Below, piece after piece: positions 47,969-56,484 of a stretch of DNA of 64,000 nt. The position numbers and the translations under genes were made by a program. Location of the stretch: the NCBI GenBank assembly GCA_963750125.1, contig CAVVPT010000026.1, positions 22,059 to 86,058 on the forward strand, given 5' to 3'. The number at the start of each line of letters is the position of its first letter. The stretch's first letter is position 1. Origin of the DNA: an uncultured Chloroflexia bacterium (GTDB taxonomy: Bacteria; Chloroflexota; Limnocylindria; Limnocylindrales; CSP1-4). The notes beneath the pieces are model-generated. The model was not told the origin of the DNA, ran no database searches, and saw only the letters and a program-made list of their open reading frames with translations.

Positions 47969-48316
47969 ATGACCGATCTGCCTGACATCGATCCTGCGAT
48001 CCCGCCGAGCGGTACCGGCTGCGCCGAGTGCCTCGCGACCGACGGCTGGTGGTTTCACCTTCGACGGTGTACAGCCTGTGGCCACATCGGCTGCTGCGAC
48101 TCGTCGCCGTCGCAGCACGCAAGCCATCACGCCGTCGACGTGGGCCACCCGATCGTCGCGAGCTTCGAGCCCGGTGAGTACTGGTTCTGGGATTACCGGG
48201 CCGAGGACTTCACCAACGGGCCGGCCCTCGTCCCGCCGGTCCACCATCCGCTCGACCAGACGACCCCGGGCCCCGAGGACCGGGTCCCCGACGACTGGAT
48301 AGAGCAGTTGCACTGA
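47969..48316 (+). CDS. UBP-type zinc finger protein
   Basis: CAEC..WFHLRRCTACGHIGCCDSSPSQHA. Confidence 0.92.
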   Translation: MTDLPDIDPAIPPSGTGCAECLATDGWWFHLRRCTACGHIGCCDSSPSQHASHHAVDVGHPIVASFEPGEYWFWDYRAEDFTNGPALVPPVHHPLDQTTPGPEDRVPDDWIEQLH

Positions 48317-48324
48317 GGGGCGAC

Positions 48325-48825
48325 ATGGACGATCGCGAAACCGCTATCTCGATGGCTCCCGCCGGCCATCCCTATGCCGCCGAGCTCGAGGCCGAGCGGC
48401 GCGGGTGGTACGAGGTGCTCGCGCTGGTCCGCTCGCTGACGCCCCGCGAGTGCTTGGAGCCCGGCTACTACCACGATCCGGACTGGACGGTGCGCGACGT
48501 CGTCGCCCATCTCGGGACCTGGCTTGCTGAGGCCCAGGTCCAGTTCGAGCGCATCTCGGCCGGAACGTACGAGGGACACGACGTCGACATCGATGGGCTC
48601 AACGCGGCGCTCCTCGAGGCCATGGTCGGCCAGCCGTGGGACGTGGCCTGGCTCCAGGCGCAGGCTGCCCGGACCCGGATGCTGGAGGAATGGCGGACGC
48701 TCGCCGAGCGGAACGACGAGGCCGTGTGGTGGATCCGCAAGGCCGGCAACGAGCACTACGACGAGCACCTCGAGCGGCTCGCCGAGTGGACCGAGGAGCT
48801 CATCGCGCGGCGATCCAGGAGCTAG
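48325..48825 (+). CDS. DinB/mycothiol-dependent isomerase-like protein
   Basis: WTVRDVVAHLGTW...EHYDEH. Confidence 0.8.
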   Translation: MDDRETAISMAPAGHPYAAELEAERRGWYEVLALVRSLTPRECLEPGYYHDPDWTVRDVVAHLGTWLAEAQVQFERISAGTYEGHDVDIDGLNAALLEAMVGQPWDVAWLQAQAARTRMLEEWRTLAERNDEAVWWIRKAGNEHYDEHLERLAEWTEELIARRSRS

Positions 48826-49739
48826 TCAGGCTCCTCGGGATCGTCGATTCGGCGGTCGTCGCCGCGGGCCGCCAGCGCGTCGGCCGAGGGGATCATGTAA
48901 TAGGCGCCGGTCACCGGTCGGGTGACGGTCGTCAGCCGATCGATCGCTTCCGTGCGGCGTCCGATCATGCTTTCGAGCATCGCCTGCAGAACGCCCTGAT
49001 CGCGGCTGAAGCCGACGAAGATCGTGCCGTGGCGTGCGAGTGTCCCGTAGGCAACATTCCGCCGGAAGATCTTGCCGAACGCCTCCTGGTCGGTCCGGCC
49101 GACGTGAGAGCTCTCGGGCGCCGGGTCGAGCTCGGCCCCGTCGGACTTGCGGCGGCCGATGATGGCTTCCTGCTCCGGAACGGGGAGCGAATCCCAGCCG
49201 TTCGCGTCGTGCTCCCACTGCTGGAGCAAGAGCACCGAACCGCCCGTTCCCGGGCCCTCCGGGATCAGGGCGACGCTGGTTGCCTCGACCAGCGTCGGGT
49301 TCTCGATCCCGTCGATGAACCCGGTCAGGTCAAGGTCGTGGTGGTACTGGAAGCCCACCATCTCGTTCACGAGGTCGGCGACGCCGCGCAGGTCCCGCTG
49401 CACGGCCCGCGACAGGTCGAAGACGACGTCATAAGTGGCGCCGTTCAGCCACACGACGACGTCGTGCTGCGTGGCGGGAAGGGCATATCCCGTGGGGCCA
49501 ACCAGCGGCTCGTTGAAGCCGGTCAGGCCGGTCGGCGCGTCATCGGGCGCGATCCCCGCCCAGAGCTCAGGGCGGAAGCCGGCGACCACGTTGACGCCAC
49601 CGATCGTCGTGCGCGGCTCGCGCAGCGACGCAACCCGGGCCACGGCGGTCGCCGGCTCGGCGCCAGCCACGAGGTCGAATTCGAGGTACGTGTGCGATGA
49701 GGTCCCGAGCGCGAAGATGCCGGTCTGGGGTGAGATCAC
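48822..49739 (-). CDS. Dyp-type peroxidase
   Basis: DLTGFIDGIENP (GxxDG), IGRRK, SSHV and IFRRN. Confidence 0.92.
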   Translation of the reverse strand: MISPQTGIFALGTSSHTYLEFDLVAGAEPATAVARVASLREPRTTIGGVNVVAGFRPELWAGIAPDDAPTGLTGFNEPLVGPTGYALPATQHDVVVWLNGATYDVVFDLSRAVQRDLRGVADLVNEMVGFQYHHDLDLTGFIDGIENPTLVEATSVALIPEGPGTGGSVLLLQQWEHDANGWDSLPVPEQEAIIGRRKSDGAELDPAPESSHVGRTDQEAFGKIFRRNVAYGTLARHGTIFVGFSRDQGVLQAMLESMIGRRTEAIDRLTTVTRPVTGAYYMIPSADALAARGDDRRIDDPEEPD

Positions 49740-49895
49740 GTCGGAGGACGATAGACCGCGGGTCGAGCCCTGCCAAGGGATGTTCCCGATGGAGAGCGAC
49801 GTCAAGCCGGGGGGAGCGGCCGGGACCTGGGTTCGGCCATAACGATCAGCGAGTGGCTCGACCGTTCCGTACCGGCACGAACGTGCGCGACTCGT

Positions 49896-50381
49896 TCAGC
49901 GCTGCCCGAGGAACGCCGTGAGCTGCTCGATGACGAACGCGTGGTCCTCGACCTGCGGCAGACCCGAGACCACGACCGAGCCGATGAACCCGACGCCACG
50001 TGTGCGCAGCGGGAACGCGCCGCCATGTGCCTGATAGAGATCCGGCGACAGGGTGTGGGCGGCGTGGACATCCTGGCCATCCCGATCGTGGCGCAATCGC
50101 ACCAGCAGGGAGCTCTGTTCGAAATGCTCGGTGAGGCGTGCCTTGCGCGCTGCCCACTGGTCGTTCGACGCGGTGCTGCCGGGTAGCGCGGCCACGTACA
50201 CGAGCCTGGCGCCGGCACGGATCTGGATCACGATGGGCAGCTCGCGCTCCTCGGCAGCCCTCGACATCAGGCGCCCGAGGTCCTGCAGGGACGCCAGATC
50301 GGCTTGCTTCAGGACGAGGTCGCGCTCCTGTGCCTCGAGTTCGTCGATCGATGGCCAGTTGTCGTTGTTCGGCGTCGACAT
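49896..50381 (-). CDS. Heme-degrading domain protein (UPF0303/GlcG-HbpS family)
   Basis: NDQWAARKA..SS..HGGAFPL..VSGLPQVEDH. Confidence 0.88.
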   Translation of the reverse strand: MSTPNNDNWPSIDELEAQERDLVLKQADLASLQDLGRLMSRAAEERELPIVIQIRAGARLVYVAALPGSTASNDQWAARKARLTEHFEQSSLLVRLRHDRDGQDVHAAHTLSPDLYQAHGGAFPLRTRGVGFIGSVVVSGLPQVEDHAFVIEQLTAFLGQR

Positions 50382-50410
50382 ACGCGCTCCGCGTGAGAAG
50401 GCTGGGGATC

Positions 50411-50442
50411 GGCTGGTGCGCCAGGATTCGAACCTGGAACCC
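50411..50442 (-). repeat. att site: outer copy of the tRNA-Gln 3' end
   Basis: GGCTGGTGCGCCAGGATTCGAACCTGGAACCC, one mismatch to 60629-60660. Confidence 0.88.
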
Positions 50443-50494
50443 AGCGTACCCGTGAAACATACCGCGTCAGGCGGACGAAACGGGGTATCGCCAC

Positions 50495-50812
50495 AGTCGC
50501 CCTGGACCGCTCCTCGGCTCCGTCAATGAACGCCGCGGGGATGCGTCCGCCGATCTCGATCGGCTTGTCGGCGCGTCGGCGCTCATCGAGGCGGATGGCC
50601 AGGTCCGTCATCGCGGCCAGCTCGTCCTCGCCGGTCCCGCTGATCGTCTCGGGTGCCACGCCGCGGCCGAACTGCGGCGCTCGGGCGGTGACGGCCCATC
50701 GGTGCGTGTCGGGACACCAGCAGGCTCGGCCAACGAGCCACGCATCGGGGAGGAGTCCCAGAACGTCGAGGGCGGCGCGCTCGAGCTTCGCGGGGTCGGT
50801 TATGACGGTCAT
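50495..50812 (-). pseudogene. Element-associated hypothetical gene (longest copy of the DPAK.ERAALDVL family), apparently 3'-truncated near att
   Basis: MTVITDPAKLERAALDVLGLLPDAW...GTGEDELAAMTDLAIRL; the frame runs into the att arm region. Confidence 0.6.
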
Positions 50813-51148
50813 GGCGGAACAGGGTACGGCTCGGCGCGGCCCTGTTCGATGCCCGAAGGCGGCAATCGTGCGCCCGCGTTATTGCACGATTTGCACGTCG
50901 GAACTCGGTCCCCTCATCGACGCGGCTGGCAGTCGGGACCCCCGCGGTCGCCGGTTAGCAGCGCGCATTCGATCACCTCGCGCAACTGTCTGGCACAACC
51001 CGTCCGCGGTCGTCATGATGCACGCGAGCGGAGAGAGGGGCGGGAGCCACAGGGGGGTTCCTGAGGCACGGCGTCACATCGAGCGGTCGCCCGACTCGTG
51101 CCAAATGCCAATGGCGAGACCGACCTCGTCCGTAGGAGGTTCTTGCCG

Positions 51149-51484
51149 ATGGCGCGTCGACGCATTGCACGATTCGGACTTGGTGTCACTGCAGCTACTG
51201 TGGTCCTCGCCCTGAGTGCCAGCATCGCTATGGCTGGGGAGGTGACTGGAAGTGGCGCCAATGAGAATCAAAATCAGGGGCGGTCGTGGTGTTCGTTCTC
51301 GGGACTGAATGACGATCCCACTGCCCCGCTGGACGGCTCCGGCCCGAACGGCCCCGGTGGCAAGTCGCAGTCGTTCGGGCAGGAGAACAAGTTGGGTCTC
51401 GCCGATCCGCACACGGGGAATCCTGGCGTGTTCTGCAACCCGAACAAGACACCCCTTCCTCCCCAGCCGAACCGGACGCACTGA
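51149..51484 (+). CDS. Small secreted hypothetical protein
   Basis: AGGAGG RBS, signal peptide (AMA-GEVTG), SWCSFSGLND and FCNP. Confidence 0.78.
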   Translation: MARRRIARFGLGVTAATVVLALSASIAMAGEVTGSGANENQNQGRSWCSFSGLNDDPTAPLDGSGPNGPGGKSQSFGQENKLGLADPHTGNPGVFCNPNKTPLPPQPNRTH

Positions 51485-51541
51485 CATCCTGATCGGCCCC
51501 GTCCGTCATGTCGGGGCCGGTCTTCCAACTCCCTGCGGTCC

Positions 51542-51640
51542 TTCGGACATTCGAATATCTCGACCGTCGCAGACGTTTGCGCCCGCCTGACCCCCGCGAT
51601 GCTGGAACGGTCAGCAGCGCGAATGGATTCGATCCACGAG
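51542..51640 (+). pseudogene. Tyrosine integrase C-terminal remnant
   Basis: FGHSNISTVADVCARLTPAMLERSAARMD aligns with LGHSQLATTADVYAHLNPAMLERTAARMD at ~60420-60510. Catalytic Tyr is replaced by Cys. Confidence 0.8.
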
Positions 51641-51705
51641 GGTACGGGCGAATTAGAGACCCCCGGCGGAGCGCCCGTCGGGGGTCAATTCGTGCGTGGA
51701 TGTTT

Positions 51706-51751
51706 TGGCTGGCGCGCCAGGATTTGAACCTGGAACCCCCTGATCCAGAGT
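51706..51751 (-). repeat. att site: inner copy of the tRNA-Gln 3' half
   Basis: 46 bp with one mismatch to 60628-60673, ending at the anticodon loop. The adjacent hairpin (51658-51686) is also duplicated. Confidence 0.92.
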
Positions 51752-51908
51752 TGGTCCCAGCCACGCTCAGGCTAGCACTCTGAACGTACACCGAGCCCTA
51801 GTCCGTCCATCCCGTACCCCTGAAACCTACCGGTTCGGGGGTATGAAAAGGGGTACGCTTCGGACTCGTAGCGAGTACCGGTCGCTTTTCTCAATCGGGG
51901 TACTCGCC

Positions 51909-52121
51909 GTGGCCCGACGATCGTCGCCCGACCGCGTCTACACCGCCCGACGAGCTGCCGTCCTTAGCCGGCTCACGCGGGAGCGCCGCCTGTCCGCGGA
52001 ACGGGCCGAGACGCTGGTCGCGGCGTGGGAGGTCGAGGGCGACTCTCGCGGCCTGTAGCGGATGACCGCGGGCTTCTGGGACGACGGCACGACGTGGATC
52101 GAGGAGCAGCTCGGGGCATAG
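51909..52121 (+). pseudogene. Small element-associated hypothetical gene with in-frame TAG
   Basis: VARRSSPDRVYTARRAAVLSRL...SRGL*RMTAGFWDDGTTWIEEQLGA*; stop at 52056. Confidence 0.55.
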
Positions 52122-52125
52122 GTCG

Positions 52126-52179
52126 GCCCCCGGTCGCCATTCGTCTCGCTGTCACGAGGCGAACGAGCGGAGCCGGGGC
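52126..52179. repeat. ~55-bp imperfect palindrome, copy 1
   Basis: CCCCGG-TCGC..TTCGTCTCG-CTGTCA-CGAGGCGAA..GCGGAGCCGGGG. Confidence 0.75.
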
Positions 52180-52273
52180 CGTGGTGAGGCTAGCGGCGAG
52201 CGCGTAGCTGCCGCTTGCTCGGTCATGGCGGACTTCGGTACGGGCGACGACTGACGGCCGGCACCCTGTCGAG

Positions 52274-52534
52274 CTATCCCTCTGTTAGGACCAGGAGCGT
52301 CTCGGGGTGAACACCATCGAACTTCATCGCGTCGGCTGCCTCCTGAGTCTGCATTGCCTGCTCAAACGCAGCCACGTCGGGTACCTCGACGATCAAACCG
52401 GTCCGTTTTGAACCCTGCTGATCGCGGAACGGACGAACGGTGATGCCTAGCGGCCCGAAGAGTTCCTGTCGCTTTGGTGAGCTTAGCCAGTGGTCAACGT
52501 CGTCTACATCGTGGAAGACCATTAGGGTTGGCAC
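52274..52534 (-). CDS. Small hypothetical protein (dimeric alpha-beta barrel-like)
   Basis: GGAGG RBS; VPTLMVFHDVDDVDHWL...AMKFDGV; lower GC3 than flanking core genes. Confidence 0.78.
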   Translation of the reverse strand: MPTLMVFHDVDDVDHWLSSPKRQELFGPLGITVRPFRDQQGSKRTGLIVEVPDVAAFEQAMQTQEAADAMKFDGVHPETLLVLTEG

Positions 52535-52652
52535 GGTCGACCTCCAAACCAGGTCGACGAGCGGGCCGGTCGTGATGGGACCGGCCTGCGGCTCGTCAGG
52601 TCGTTTAGGGTACCCGGCGGCAGAGCCCAAATAGACCCTCGGCCGCGGCGTC

Positions 52653-52707
52653 GCCCCGGTCGCAGTTCGTCTCGCTGTCACGACGGAGCGACGCGCGGAG
52701 CCGGGGC
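52653..52707. repeat. ~55-bp imperfect palindrome, copy 2
   Basis: GCCCCGGTCGCAGTTCGTCTCGCTGTCACGACGGAGCGACGCGCGGAGCCGGGGC. Confidence 0.75.
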
Positions 52708-52718
52708 GTCGTTCCTGT

Positions 52719-52937
52719 CTAAAACCTCGGAGTGCGGCCAGGGGCCACCGGGACATAGTCGCAGCGGCAGGTTTCATTCCCGCAGTCGGTAACAGGTATC
52801 ACGGGGGCGTGGTGGGGCTCGAACACATTCCCCAGCAATGCGCGACAGACGAGGCACGCATCGGGTGCTGCATAGAACTCGACCAGCGCGCCGTGCTCGA
52901 TGGCGTGGTTGGTCGTCTTCTGAACGTGCGGGTCCAC
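52719..52937 (-). CDS. Small Cys-rich hypothetical protein
   Basis: CLVC...P.IP...C....CRC. TACACT -10-like box upstream. Confidence 0.65.
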   Translation of the reverse strand: MDPHVQKTTNHAIEHGALVEFYAAPDACLVCRALLGNVFEPHHAPVIPVTDCGNETCRCDYVPVAPGRTPRF

Positions 52938-53010
52938 GTTGTGCCCTGTGACGGCCGGCCCCTAGGCGAGTGTACGCCCCCGCACGACGACCCTAACGGA
53001 CGCGCGGGCC

Positions 53011-53118
53011 GTCGGTGTCGCGCGTTCCAGGCCGCGCGTGATGGACATTGCCCGCAGCGTGTAGCGGGGCCCGCTCGCGTCCTGCCTCCCCCCAAGGGCC
53101 GTGTCGCGCCGCGGGCCC
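53011..53118. repeat. Structured non-coding repeat, diverged partial copy
   Basis: Shares GTCGCGCGTTCCAGG and GGGCCCGC...AGGGCCGT...GCGGGCCC with the two long copies. Confidence 0.65.
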
Positions 53119-53243
53119 TACCACGAGGCCAACAACCGAAACGCACCCGTGGGCGGCGTTACGGCCGTCGAGATTCCCCGTGGCGAGACACATCGTCAGC
53201 CGTCTCGGTTCGTCGCGCATCCTGCAAAGAGCCCATTTCTTCG

Positions 53244-53464
53244 CCATTGCGCGCGAACGTCTCGACAGCGCGCGTATGGTGGGTGAGGCTTCCGTCGACA
53301 CGGCGGTGCGCGACGGTGACCGTTCGAGGGGGTCGGCGTCGCGCGTTCCAGGGCCGCGCCCGACGGCTATTCGAGGGACCCTGCCGCCAGGGCCCGCACA
53401 CGTCCGTCCTTACCCCTCAGGGCCGTTCGCGTTGCGGGCCCCGCCCTACGTTTAGTCAGTCATG
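53244..53464. repeat. ~220-bp structured non-coding repeat, copy 1
   Basis: Colinear similarity with 54643-54868. Confidence 0.88.
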
Positions 53465-53513
53465 TCAAGACGTCGAGGGCGGCGCGCTCGCGCTTCGCGG
53501 GATCAGTCGGCAT
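53460..53513 (-). repeat. DPAKRERAALDVL motif copy B (mini-ORF MPTDPAKRERAALDVLT)
   Basis: Direct translation; abuts the 220-bp repeat. Confidence 0.75.
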
Positions 53514-53534
53514 TCGTCCGGGTGCCGCAAGCAG

Positions 53535-54098
53535 TCATGGAGCCATCCGCCCATTTGCGCGCTCACTGCCGATGACCGTCGCGGTCCGGTAGGCGATCTC
53601 GGACACCTTGAACACGTACCAGAGGAACAGGTCGCGGAGCAGCGCCCGACCTAGCGGCCGCATCTTGTTCAGGCGCTCGGTCTTCTCCTTGTCGGGGTGG
53701 AAGAGGTCGCCGTACAGGAACAGGTCAACCGCCTCCTGCGGTGTCACTTCCTTTGCACCGATGTTTACGGCAACGCCGCTGCTCTTCCTGATCTGATCGA
53801 GTCCGGCCTCCGCGTCGGCGATGGCCTGTAGCGCGACAGCGTCAGTCAGGTGTTTCCTGCAGTCGGCGAATATCTTCGGGAGGTAGACGTCATCCTGCGC
53901 GAGCGTGAACGGTCGAACGTCCATCACGAACGAGCGCAACCGGTGAAATTCAGGCTCGTCCAGGTCGTGAGTCGGACCCCTGGCGTTCAGGGTGATCGTG
54001 AGGCTCGGACTCAACGAGTGCACGTCGTGATCGAGGATGATCCGATCTACCGCGTCCTCGAAGAGAGCCAGCCGCTCCGCAGAGGTCCGCTTGATCAT
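53535..54098 (-). CDS. Hypothetical protein (island cargo)
   Basis: 187-aa ORF with protein-like composition; LRSFVMDVRPF and LYGDLFHPD. Confidence 0.75.
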   Translation of the reverse strand: MIKRTSAERLALFEDAVDRIILDHDVHSLSPSLTITLNARGPTHDLDEPEFHRLRSFVMDVRPFTLAQDDVYLPKIFADCRKHLTDAVALQAIADAEAGLDQIRKSSGVAVNIGAKEVTPQEAVDLFLYGDLFHPDKEKTERLNKMRPLGRALLRDLFLWYVFKVSEIAYRTATVIGSERANGRMAP

Positions 54099-54186
54099 CT
54101 GATCGCAGGCGGCACGAGCCGGATTCTCGACCGGTCGACCTCGACGAGCCCGCAGTCGACGAGCGTGCTGATCGCCCGGGCCATCG

Positions 54187-54234
54187 AGTGGCGCTGAGCA
54201 TTGGGCGGCCAGTGGCGCTGAGCATTGGGCGGCC
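54187..54234. repeat. Exact 24-bp tandem duplication
   Basis: AGTGGCGCTGAGCATTGGGCGGCC twice. Confidence 0.9.
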
Positions 54235-54243
54235 AGCTCGTCG

Positions 54244-54633
54244 TCAATCCTCGGGGAAGCGCTTCGTCTGGGTCTGTTGATACCGCTCGCGAGCGGCGTC
54301 CTCCGCTACGTGCGCGCGTTCCTCAACCGCATCAGCCGTAACCGCAGCACCCTCAGCGGTCGCGAACGCCAGTCGAGCTGCCGCGGCGGCCTGGGTGGCG
54401 GCCTCTCTGGCCTGAGCTGCCGCACTGCGCGCGTGTTCGGCTGCCTCCACCGCGGCTGTCGCGGCGGCGTCGACCTCACGGGCGGCCTCCTCGGCGGCGG
54501 TCGCCGCAGCCAATGCCAATTGAGCGACCTTCGACGCGGTATGCGAGGCGACCGTATCGCGTTCGGCAGCTCGCCAATCCGAGAGCAAGTCGCTGGGTGG
54601 TGTTGGCTCGGGCGGACCTGGTCGTCGCTCCAA
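54244..54633 (-). CDS. Ala-rich coiled-coil hypothetical protein
   Basis: GGAGG RBS; LLSDWRAAERD followed by an Ala/Glu-rich helix. Confidence 0.7.
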   Translation of the reverse strand: MERRPGPPEPTPPSDLLSDWRAAERDTVASHTASKVAQLALAAATAAEEAAREVDAAATAAVEAAEHARSAAAQAREAATQAAAAARLAFATAEGAAVTADAVEERAHVAEDAARERYQQTQTKRFPED

Positions 54634-54642
54634 GCGAAGCCT

Positions 54643-54868
54643 CCATTGTGAGCGAACGTCATGACAGCGGGCGTACGGTGGGTGAGGGCTACCGTCGACA
54701 CATCGCTGCCAGACGGTGACTGTTCGAGGGGGTCAGCGTCGCGCGTTCCAGGGTCGCGCCCGTCGGTTATTCCCGGGACCCTGCCACCAGGGCCCGCGCA
54801 CGTCCGTCCTTTACCCCCAGGGCCGTTTGTGTTGCGGGCCCCGGCCCTCCGAATCTTAGTCAGTCATG
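54643..54868. repeat. ~220-bp structured non-coding repeat, copy 2
   Basis: Colinear similarity with 53244-53464. Confidence 0.88.
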
Positions 54869-55082
54869 CAAGTCGTCGGTACGCGTTCGTACAATCTCTA
54901 CACACGAACGACGATGACCGCCACGTGGGGCCGTTCAACGGCCGCTGGCGCGGGTTCTCGGTGATCCTCCGGAGCCACCCGCAGCTACTGACGCCGGCTG
55001 GTTCGGCGCACCTCGGTCGTCGGGCATCGAGGACCCTGACGGCAATCGCGTGGAATTGTTTCAGGCCTGAGAGGGCGGCCTC

Positions 55083-55151
55083 CTACCGCGGGTCCGGGAG
55101 CAGCGCTAGAACGTCGAGCGCGGCGCGTTCACGCTTTGCAGGGTCGGTCAC
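55083..55151 (-). repeat. DPAKRERAALDVL motif copy C (mini-ORF VTDPAKRERAALDVLALLPDPR)
   Basis: Direct translation; GACGAT lies 6 nt upstream of the GTG. Confidence 0.75.
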
Positions 55152-55210
55152 GCGTGTATCGTCGGCCCTCGTCCTGAAAATGGGCGAGGGCCGATGACGT
55201 TGTCTCGGCG

Positions 55211-55909
55211 TCAGGCCGCGATCGCGCACTTGAAGCCGAAGCTGAGTGTGCCCCGATGTATCACCGCAAACCCGTCGGGATCGCCTGCCTCCAGCGGTTG
55301 GCCATCGGCGGTGCCCGCGAACATCGCATTGCGTTCCGTGCCCCGGGAGCTTTCGCGGGAGATGCAGACGCCGTCGTCGAAGACGCTGCGGAATGACGAG
55401 CGGGTCGCAGCCGAGGTCGCCGTGAACGTGCCTTCGACCGAGATCTCGCGCGTCTCCCCGGTCGGGGCGCATTCGATCGCGTCACAGACGATGGCTTCGA
55501 GGGTGATCGTCGCCGGCGCGATGGTCGCCGAGCTCAGGTCGCGCTCGATGACAGTTCCCTCGCCCAGGTCCATGGTGCAGCCGGACTCTCCGGTGAAGCT
55601 CAAGGTCTCGCCCGTCTCCTCGTTGAAGACGTCGGTGAATGTCCCGTAGCACACCTCCGTCCCATGGATTGCGCCAGACCCCTGTTCTCTGCTCTTCCCG
55701 GAGACGAGAGAGATGTTGCGGGAACTGCAGGTCACGATGTCATCCACGGGGTCGCTGCAGGTGCCTGCGTCGGCGAACGCCGAGAAGCCGCTGTTCGAGA
55801 ACTTGAAGACCTCTATCGGTTTGGCCGCGAGCGACGTCGCGGCTGCCAGCGGCAGCAGCAGCACGACGAGGGCCACCGCAGCGACGGTGCGGCGAAGACG
55901 TCCAGCCAT
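55211..55909 (-). CDS. Secreted hypothetical protein with several Cys
   Basis: AGGAGG RBS; signal peptide (SLA-AKP). Confidence 0.78.
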   Translation of the reverse strand: MAGRLRRTVAAVALVVLLLPLAAATSLAAKPIEVFKFSNSGFSAFADAGTCSDPVDDIVTCSSRNISLVSGKSREQGSGAIHGTEVCYGTFTDVFNEETGETLSFTGESGCTMDLGEGTVIERDLSSATIAPATITLEAIVCDAIECAPTGETREISVEGTFTATSAATRSSFRSVFDDGVCISRESSRGTERNAMFAGTADGQPLEAGDPDGFAVIHRGTLSFGFKCAIAA

Positions 55910-56139
55910 GGACCACCTCCTGGGGCTCCGCCGGCAACTGCCGGCACAGCCGAGGTCGGTCTCGCCATTGGCTCGGCGCGTTCCACGGCGACCAGTTTCA
56001 GGGACCGCGCGTCGTCGCCCCCCTCGACGTGGGTAACGTACCTCGTGGCCAGGCCAAGCGCGACTCGGAATTGCGCGTTTGGCAGCCTTCCGATGTAGCA
56101 AATGCTCGCGACCTAGCCCGATCTATCCCTCGGGGTCGT

Positions 56140-56210
56140 AGGAGGTCGGCCCACCACTCGGGGAGCAGGGCCAGGACTTCGAGGGCAACGCGCTCGCGCT
56201 TTACGGGAAG
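56140..56210 (-). repeat. DPAKRERAALDVL motif copy D
   Basis: LPVKRERVALEVLALLPEWW. Confidence 0.7.
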
Positions 56211-56484
56211 CCCGCAGCGTCGAACCAAGCGATCGGGCCGGCTACACCCGCTCGGAGCATCGCCCGCGCTGGCGGAAGTCTGGGTCATCACACGGGTGGC
56301 GAAGCAGATCACCGGGACGAGGGAGCTGATCGACCACCGATGAACCGTTACGACCGCATCCTTGAGGTGGTCCGCGAGACGCGCGAGGCCAACGAGCAAC
56401 TCATTGCCGCCATGGCCTATATCGAGGTGCCGACATCCACCTCATGCGTAACGCGGCCGCAGGCGCCGCCCGCGGGTCATGGGA

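Noticed and set aside
49740-49805. TSLSIGNI at the DyP N-terminus as an encapsulin cargo-loading peptide
   Set aside because: It depends on an upstream TTG start. A TATCGT box before GTG 49739 favours the shorter start, DyP targeting peptides are normally C-terminal, and no encapsulin gene is present.
52056-52058. In-frame TAG as amber readthrough linked to tRNA-Gln
   Set aside because: The tRNA anticodon is a normal CUG. A nonsense mutation in a decaying island is simpler.
53336-53352. TGGAACG-N4-NNGC as a sigma54 promoter
   Set aside because: GG/GC spacing fits some copies, but the TTGC consensus is absent and one copy lacks the GC. The evidence is insufficient.
53380-53445. Hammerhead ribozyme within the long repeat
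   Set aside because: CTGA is present in only one copy, and the CUGANGA/GAAA core is missing.
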